This document shows, piece after piece, positions 59,100-64,000 of a stretch of DNA of 64,000 bases. The position numbers were made by a program, and so were the translations under genes. The notes under the pieces are model-generated. The model had not been told where the DNA came from and did not search any database. It worked only from the letters and a program-made list of their open reading frames with translations. The stretch's first letter is position 1. Each line of letters opens with the position of its first letter. Location: NCBI GenBank assembly GCA_025964895.1, contig JAOPXY010000032.1, positions 2,495 through 66,494 of the forward strand, given 5' to 3'. The DNA comes from Aeromicrobium sp. Lineage in GTDB: Bacteria; Actinomycetota; Actinomycetes; Propionibacteriales; Nocardioidaceae.

Positions 59100-60179
59100 A
59101 TGACTACCCAGATGAATTCGACCACCAGTGCGAGGCCCGACGGGTACGTCAGCCGGTTCACCGAGCTGATGCAGACCGTCAAGGACGAAGGGCTGCTGGA
59201 GCGGCGGCGCGGCTACTACTGGCTCCAGATCGGCGCGCACGTCGGCGCCTTCTTCGCGATCTGGGTCGGGTTCTTCCTGCTCGGCAACTCGTGGTTCCAG
59301 CTGATCCTGGCCGCCGCGCTCGGCGTCATCGTGACGCAGTTCGGCTTCCTCGGCCACGACGCCGCGCACCGGCAGATGTTCACATCGTCGAAGTGGAACT
59401 CCTGGACCGCCCGCATCCTGGCCGGCGGCTTCGCGGGGTTGAGCTTCGCGTGGTGGCGGGCCAAGCACAACATGCATCACAAGGGCCCCAATCTCGAGGG
59501 CTACGACCCCGACATCGGCCCCGGCGCCATCGCGTTCACGCCCGGCATCGTCGCGCAGCGCACGACCGGCTTCGCGGGCTGGTTCGTCAAGCGCCAGGGC
59601 TGGCTGTTCTTCCCCCTGCTGACGCTGGAGGGCCTCAACCTGCACGCCGAGAGCATCCGCGCCGCGCGCGACAAGACGTCCAACCAGCCGTGGCGCCGCA
59701 CCGAGCTGTGGCTCGTCGTGACCCGGCTCGTCGCGTACGTCGCGATCCTCCTGGCCTTCCTCCCGCTGGGCAAGGCGGTGGCGTTCTTCGCCCTCCAGAT
59801 GGCGGTGTTCGGGTTCTGCCTCGGGGCGTCGTTCGCGCCGGCGCACAAGGGCATGCCGATCATTCCGCCGGAGATGAAGCTGGACTTCCTGCGCCGCCAG
59901 GTCATGGTGTCGCGCAACGTCCGCGGCAACCCGGTCGTCGACTGGGCGATGGGTGGGCTCAACTACCAGATCGAGCACCACCTCTTCCCGAACATGCCAC
60001 GCTGCAACCTGCGCAAGGCGCAGCCGTTCGTCAAGGCGCACTGCGAGAAGAACGGCATCGACTACCTGGAGGTCGGGCTCTTCCACTCGTACGCGATCGT
60101 CGTCGACTACCTCAACAACGTCGGCATCCGGGCGCGCGACCCCTTCGACTGCCCGCTGGCCGCGCAGCTGCGCGGCTGA
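59100..60179 (+). CDS. Membrane fatty-acid / acyl-CoA desaturase
   Basis: His boxes HDAAH, HNMHH and QIEHH. Confidence 0.92.
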   Translation: MTTQMNSTTSARPDGYVSRFTELMQTVKDEGLLERRRGYYWLQIGAHVGAFFAIWVGFFLLGNSWFQLILAAALGVIVTQFGFLGHDAAHRQMFTSSKWNSWTARILAGGFAGLSFAWWRAKHNMHHKGPNLEGYDPDIGPGAIAFTPGIVAQRTTGFAGWFVKRQGWLFFPLLTLEGLNLHAESIRAARDKTSNQPWRRTELWLVVTRLVAYVAILLAFLPLGKAVAFFALQMAVFGFCLGASFAPAHKGMPIIPPEMKLDFLRRQVMVSRNVRGNPVVDWAMGGLNYQIEHHLFPNMPRCNLRKAQPFVKAHCEKNGIDYLEVGLFHSYAIVVDYLNNVGIRARDPFDCPLAAQLRG

Positions 60180-60278
60180 CTCGCGGACGCCAAAGCCTGG
60201 CGGTGAGATGGTCGCGATCGTTGTTCGCCGCCCATGATCGAGCCGTACGATGGCCCGGTCACGGCAGGAAGGGCGGCG

Positions 60279-61034
60279 ATGGGCGGCACCAGCGTCACCA
60301 GCAAGGTGCTTGCACTGCTTGCTGCCTTCGATGCCGGTCACCGAGAGCTGACGCTCAGCGAGCTCGCCCGGCGTGCCGACATCAGCTTGCCCACGGCACA
60401 TCGTCGCGCGGCGGAGCTGGTCGAGTGGGGCGCGCTGGAGCGGGTCGGCTCGGGCCGGTACCGGATCGGTCTTCGACTGTGGGAGGTCGGATCGTTGGCC
60501 CCGCGAGCGCCAGGGCTGCGGGAGTCCGCCCTGCCGTTCATGGAGGACCTGTACGTCGTCACCCGGCAGAACGTTCAGCTGGCGGTGCGGGACGATCTCG
60601 AGCTGGTCTTCGTCGAGCGCATTGCCGGACGCCACGCAGTGCCCGTCCTGACGAGGGTGGGTGGACGCTTCCACCTGCACGCCACGGGTGTCGGCCTGGT
60701 GCTGCTCGCTCACGCCCCGCCCGAGATCCAGGAGCAGGTGCTGGCCGGTCCCTTGCCGCGCTACACGGCCGGCACGATCGTCGAGCCGGACCGTCTTCGA
60801 CGCGTGCTCGCCGAGGTCCGTCAGCGCGGCTACGCCGTCTCGGAGCAGGCCGTCACCGATGACGCGACCTCGGTCGCCGCGCCGGTCCGCGACGGCACCG
60901 GCGAGGTCGCCGCCGCGGTCTCGATCGTGGTGCAGTCGCGATCGGCCAGGCCGCGCGAGCTGGCGCCGTATGTGCTGACCGCGGCTCAGGGCATCTCACG
61001 GGCCCTTGGCTCCGGCCCTCCCTCCAGCGAGTGA
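60279..61034 (+). CDS. IclR family regulator
   Basis: LTLSELARRADISLPTAHR, HATGVGLVLLAH, VAAPV. Confidence 0.92.
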   Translation: MGGTSVTSKVLALLAAFDAGHRELTLSELARRADISLPTAHRRAAELVEWGALERVGSGRYRIGLRLWEVGSLAPRAPGLRESALPFMEDLYVVTRQNVQLAVRDDLELVFVERIAGRHAVPVLTRVGGRFHLHATGVGLVLLAHAPPEIQEQVLAGPLPRYTAGTIVEPDRLRRVLAEVRQRGYAVSEQAVTDDATSVAAPVRDGTGEVAAAVSIVVQSRSARPRELAPYVLTAAQGISRALGSGPPSSE

Positions 61035-61040
61035 AGAGGC

Positions 61041-61055
61041 TTCCAGTGAGTGAAA
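61041..61055. promoter_or_regulatory. Imperfect palindrome before vanA (possible IclR operator)
   Basis: TTCCAGTGAGTGAAA between IclR and vanA. Confidence 0.35.
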
Positions 61056-61115
61056 AGGCCGTGGCCCGCGTCACAGTCGCCCCACGAGACTGAGGAGCCG
61101 AACCAAGGAGGCCCC

Positions 61116-62252
61116 ATGTCTCTCGAGACCAACGAGACCGTAACCGCCAAGATCTTCCCCCACCCGCTCAACGCCTGGTACGCCGTGGCGTGGGACCACG
61201 AGGTGACGGCGAAGGCGCCGATGTCGCGGACGATCGCCGGCAAGCCGATGGTGCTCTACCGCACCACCGACAACCGTCCCGTCGCTCTCGCGGACGCCTG
61301 CTGGCACCGCCTGGCACCGCTTTCGATGGGCAAGCTCGTCGGCTCGGACGAGATCCAGTGTCCGTATCACGGGCTGCGCTACAACTCCACGGGCCGGTGC
61401 ACCTCGATGCCGGCGCAGCGGACGGTCAACCCCAGCGCGATGGTGCCGTCGTACCCCGTGGTCGAGCGCTACCGCTACCTCTGGGTGTGGCCGGGCGACA
61501 TGACCCTGGCCGATCCGGACCTCATCCCCGACATGAGCCAGATGACCGATCCTGAGTGGGCCGGCGACGGCGAGACCATCCACGCCGCCTGCAACTACCA
61601 GCTCATCCTCGACAACCTGATGGATCTGACGCACGAGGAGTTCGTGCACGGGGCGAGCCTCGGCCAGGCCGAGCTGAGCGAGTCGGGCTTCCACACCAAG
61701 CTCGAGGACGATGGCAGCGTCACGGTCACGCGATGGATGCACGAGGTCGAGCCGCCGCCGTTCTGGCGCAAGAACATGCGCGACAAGTTCCCCGACTTCG
61801 ACGGTCTGGTCGATCGGTGGCAGATCATCCACTACTACGCCCCGTCGACGATCTGCATCGACGTCGGTGTCGCCAAGGCCGGCACCGGGGCCGACCAGGG
61901 AGATCGTAGCCAGGGCGTCAACGGCTACGTCATGAACACCATCACGCCCGAGACCGACCGGTCGTCGCACTACTTCTGGGCCTTCATGCGCAACTACCGC
62001 CACGAGAGCCAGACCATCACGACCCAGCTGCGCAACGGCGTCCACGGCGTGTTCGGCGAGGACGAGGTCATGCTCCAGGCGCAGCAGGCGGCGATCGACG
62101 CCAACCCCGACCACGAGTTCTACAGCCTCAACGTCGACGCGGGCGGCATGTGGGTGCGCCGCATCCTCGACCGGATGCTGGCGGCCGAGCAGGACGGCGG
62201 GCACCCTCTCCGCGCCGACGACCTGGCAGCCACTGGAGCGGCCGAGCGATGA
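61116..62252 (+). CDS. vanA: Rieske O-demethylase oxygenase (vanillate O-demethylase subunit A-like)
   Basis: CWHR...CPYHG Rieske ligands, DNLMDLTHEEFVH mononuclear iron motif, TPET...HYFW. Confidence 0.88.
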   Translation: MSLETNETVTAKIFPHPLNAWYAVAWDHEVTAKAPMSRTIAGKPMVLYRTTDNRPVALADACWHRLAPLSMGKLVGSDEIQCPYHGLRYNSTGRCTSMPAQRTVNPSAMVPSYPVVERYRYLWVWPGDMTLADPDLIPDMSQMTDPEWAGDGETIHAACNYQLILDNLMDLTHEEFVHGASLGQAELSESGFHTKLEDDGSVTVTRWMHEVEPPPFWRKNMRDKFPDFDGLVDRWQIIHYYAPSTICIDVGVAKAGTGADQGDRSQGVNGYVMNTITPETDRSSHYFWAFMRNYRHESQTITTQLRNGVHGVFGEDEVMLQAQQAAIDANPDHEFYSLNVDAGGMWVRRILDRMLAAEQDGGHPLRADDLAATGAAER

Positions 62253-63244
62253 GCTCCGATCCCCGCCCCGTGTGGGCCACTGCACGGGTCGTGGAGAGTC
62301 GTCCGGTCACCGACCGCATCCGTCGCATCACCCTCGAGCGCGCGGCCGGCCGCAGGGCCGCGCCCGGCGCGCACGTCGACGTCCGGGTGCGCACGCCCAA
62401 GGGCGACGACGTCCGGTCGTACTCGGTCGTGGAGTCCAGTGCGGACGGCTCGCGTCTGACGGTGTCGGTCATGCTCGCGCAGGCCTCACGCGGCGGCTCG
62501 CTCTTCATGCACGGTCTCGTGGAGGGTGACGAGATCGAATGCACGCAGCCCCTGCAGAACTTCGAGCTGCGACACGGCGCGCACCGCTACGTCCTGCTGG
62601 CCGGCGGGGTCGGCATCACCGCCGTCATCGAGATGGGCCGGGTTCTGCACCGGTTGGGGCAGGACTACCGCTTCGTGTACGTGGGGCGCACGCGCGCGCA
62701 GATGGCCTATGTCGACGAGCTCGCTGGCCTGCACGGAGACCGGCTCGAGCTGCGGGTCGACGACGAGCACACAGGGCTGGACGTCGCGGCTCTCGTGTCG
62801 GGCCTGCCGGACGACGGTCGCACCGAGGTCTACATGTGCGGTCCGATCCGCCTGATGGACGCGGTGCGCCGCGCCTGGCTCTCGCACGGACGGCTGATCG
62901 CCGACCTGCGGTTCGAGACGTTCGGCAGCAGCGGGTGGTTCGAGTCGGAGTCATTCGAGGTCGAGATCCCCGAGCTCGGGGTCAGCACGGTGGTGGCGTC
63001 CGACGCCAGCCTGCTCGAGGCACTCGCCGCGGCCGGCGCCGATATGATGTACGACTGCCGCAAGGGCGAGTGTGGCCTGTGCGAGGTCAAGGTCTCGTCG
63101 GTGCGGGGCCGGATCGACCACCGCGACGTCTTCCTCAGCGACGACGAGAAGGCGGTCGACGAGACGTTGTGCATCTGCGTCTCGCGGGTCGCTGCGCCCG
63201 AGGGGGGCGCCGGCGGATCGGGCCGCCTGACGCTGACCCTCTGA
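62249..63244 (+). CDS. vanB: PDR/VanB family reductase
   Basis: RSYSV, SRGGS, LAGGVGIT, YMCGP, CRKGECGLC...C [2Fe-2S]. Confidence 0.88.
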   Translation: MSSDPRPVWATARVVESRPVTDRIRRITLERAAGRRAAPGAHVDVRVRTPKGDDVRSYSVVESSADGSRLTVSVMLAQASRGGSLFMHGLVEGDEIECTQPLQNFELRHGAHRYVLLAGGVGITAVIEMGRVLHRLGQDYRFVYVGRTRAQMAYVDELAGLHGDRLELRVDDEHTGLDVAALVSGLPDDGRTEVYMCGPIRLMDAVRRAWLSHGRLIADLRFETFGSSGWFESESFEVEIPELGVSTVVASDASLLEALAAAGADMMYDCRKGECGLCEVKVSSVRGRIDHRDVFLSDDEKAVDETLCICVSRVAAPEGGAGGSGRLTLTL

Positions 63245-63249
63245 CCTCG

Positions 63250-63346
63250 CTGGTTGAGGTGTGAGCGAGCTCTGCGGCCTGAGCCTCGAAGCCCTCTGGG
63301 GTGGTTTCGAGGCTCAGGCCGCAGGCGGCCTTCGCGCCTCAACCGG
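63250..63346. repeat. REP-like inverted repeat
   Basis: GGTTGAGG...CTGCGGCCTGAGCCTCGAA / TTCGAGGCTCAGGCCGCAG...CCTCAACC. Confidence 0.7.
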
Positions 63347-63353
63347 CGTGGGG

Positions 63354-63529
63354 TCAGGGTGCGTCGTGGAGTTCGACGTCCATGCGCAGCTCAGCTCGTC
63401 GATGCTGCAGCCGAAGGTGTCGACGACGTGCACGCCGTCCGCACGCAGATCGAACACGGCGTGGTCGGTGTAGACGCGTCGGACGTAGGCCACGCCGGTG
63501 AGCGGGTACGTGCACGCGGGCACGAGTCG
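63354..63529 (-). pseudogene. 3' remnant of a 3-oxoacid CoA-transferase B subunit (pcaJ-like)
   Basis: RLVPACTYPLTGVAYVRRVYTDHAVFDL...TFG.SIDEL; 5' part absent; frame change near the end. Confidence 0.7.
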
Positions 63530-63807
63530 GCAAGATGGTGCTGCTCGCCCACACCCCGGACGAGGTGCAGCGCCAGGTGCTGCAGTCGTTGCAGCGCGTG
63601 ACCCGCTACACCGTCACGCAGCCCAGGCTGCTGATGCAGCAGGTCGAGAGCGTGCGTCGCGACGGCGTCGCCACGACGAACGAGGAGATGACGCTTGGGG
63701 GCATGCTCGGTCGCGGTGCCGGTGGTGCGCAGCCTCGAGCGCGACCGGGCCGGGCTCGTGGCTGAGCTCCAGGTCGCGGCCCAAGCATCGGTCGCTCCCT
63801 CGGCTGA
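63526..63807 (+). pseudogene. 3' remnant of an IclR/PcaR-like regulator with frameshifts
   Basis: VGKMVLLAH...EEMTLG, then one base out of frame ACSVAVPV...LQVAAQ, then IGRSLG-stop in another frame. Confidence 0.7.
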
Positions 63808-63813
63808 CCGCGC

Positions 63814-64000
63814 CTACAGCGGGTAGACCCCGGGCTCGGCCTGCATCGTGATCCACCGGGTCTCGGTGAACGCGTCGATGTTGGCTGCTGCCCCGCCGTG
63901 GCGTGAGCCCGTGCCGGATGACCCGACGCCGCCGAAGGGGCTGTTGGCCTCGTCGTCGACCGTCTGGTCGTTGATGTGAACGATGCCGGACGGGATGCGG
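63814..64000 (-). CDS. Aldehyde dehydrogenase (aromatic-aldehyde type), 3' end only
   Basis: Manual translation RIPSGIVHINDQTVDDEANSPFGGVGSSGTGSRHGGAAANIDAFTETRWITMQAEPGVYPL-stop. Confidence 0.85.
   Translation of the reverse strand, partial: RIPSGIVHINDQTVDDEANSPFGGVGSSGTGSRHGGAAANIDAFTETRWITMQAEPGVYPL

Overview
High-GC actinobacterial chromosome segment; a Nocardioidaceae/Aeromicrobium-like origin is my inference. No rRNA, tRNA, CRISPR array or transposase/integrase was seen. 1-31 kb is mostly housekeeping and accessory metabolism: MFS transporters, a TPP riboswitch with an ECF-type thiamine-related transporter, acyl-CoA enzymes, map, a secreted metzincin, amidase, trhO, a YciI/DGPF + ECF42 sigma pair, an AlkZ-like glycosylase, TetR-MMPL, and dnaK-grpE-dnaJ-hspR with a HAIR operator. 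The most unusual part is 32-55 kb. It holds a P1B-ATPase-like ORF with nearly all catalytic motifs degenerate, three PucR/CdaR-family regulators, four uncharacterised secreted proteins (one RCC1/Ig protein and three Cys-containing beta-rich proteins, two of them paralogous), an orphan C-protein-like XRE, and a complete Mce operon whose ATPase is fused to the first permease. One 18-bp palindrome (TTGTCAC-N4-GTGACAA-like) recurs six times in the intergenic regions of this block, suggesting one co-regulated system for capture and uptake of a hydrophobic substrate (inference). The right end carries pyc, a fatty-acid desaturase, IclR-vanAB and a deletion scar joining pcaJ-like and IclR remnants. 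A broken photolyase-related gene and several REP-like palindromic elements are also present. All family assignments are from motif recognition by eye, not database searches.
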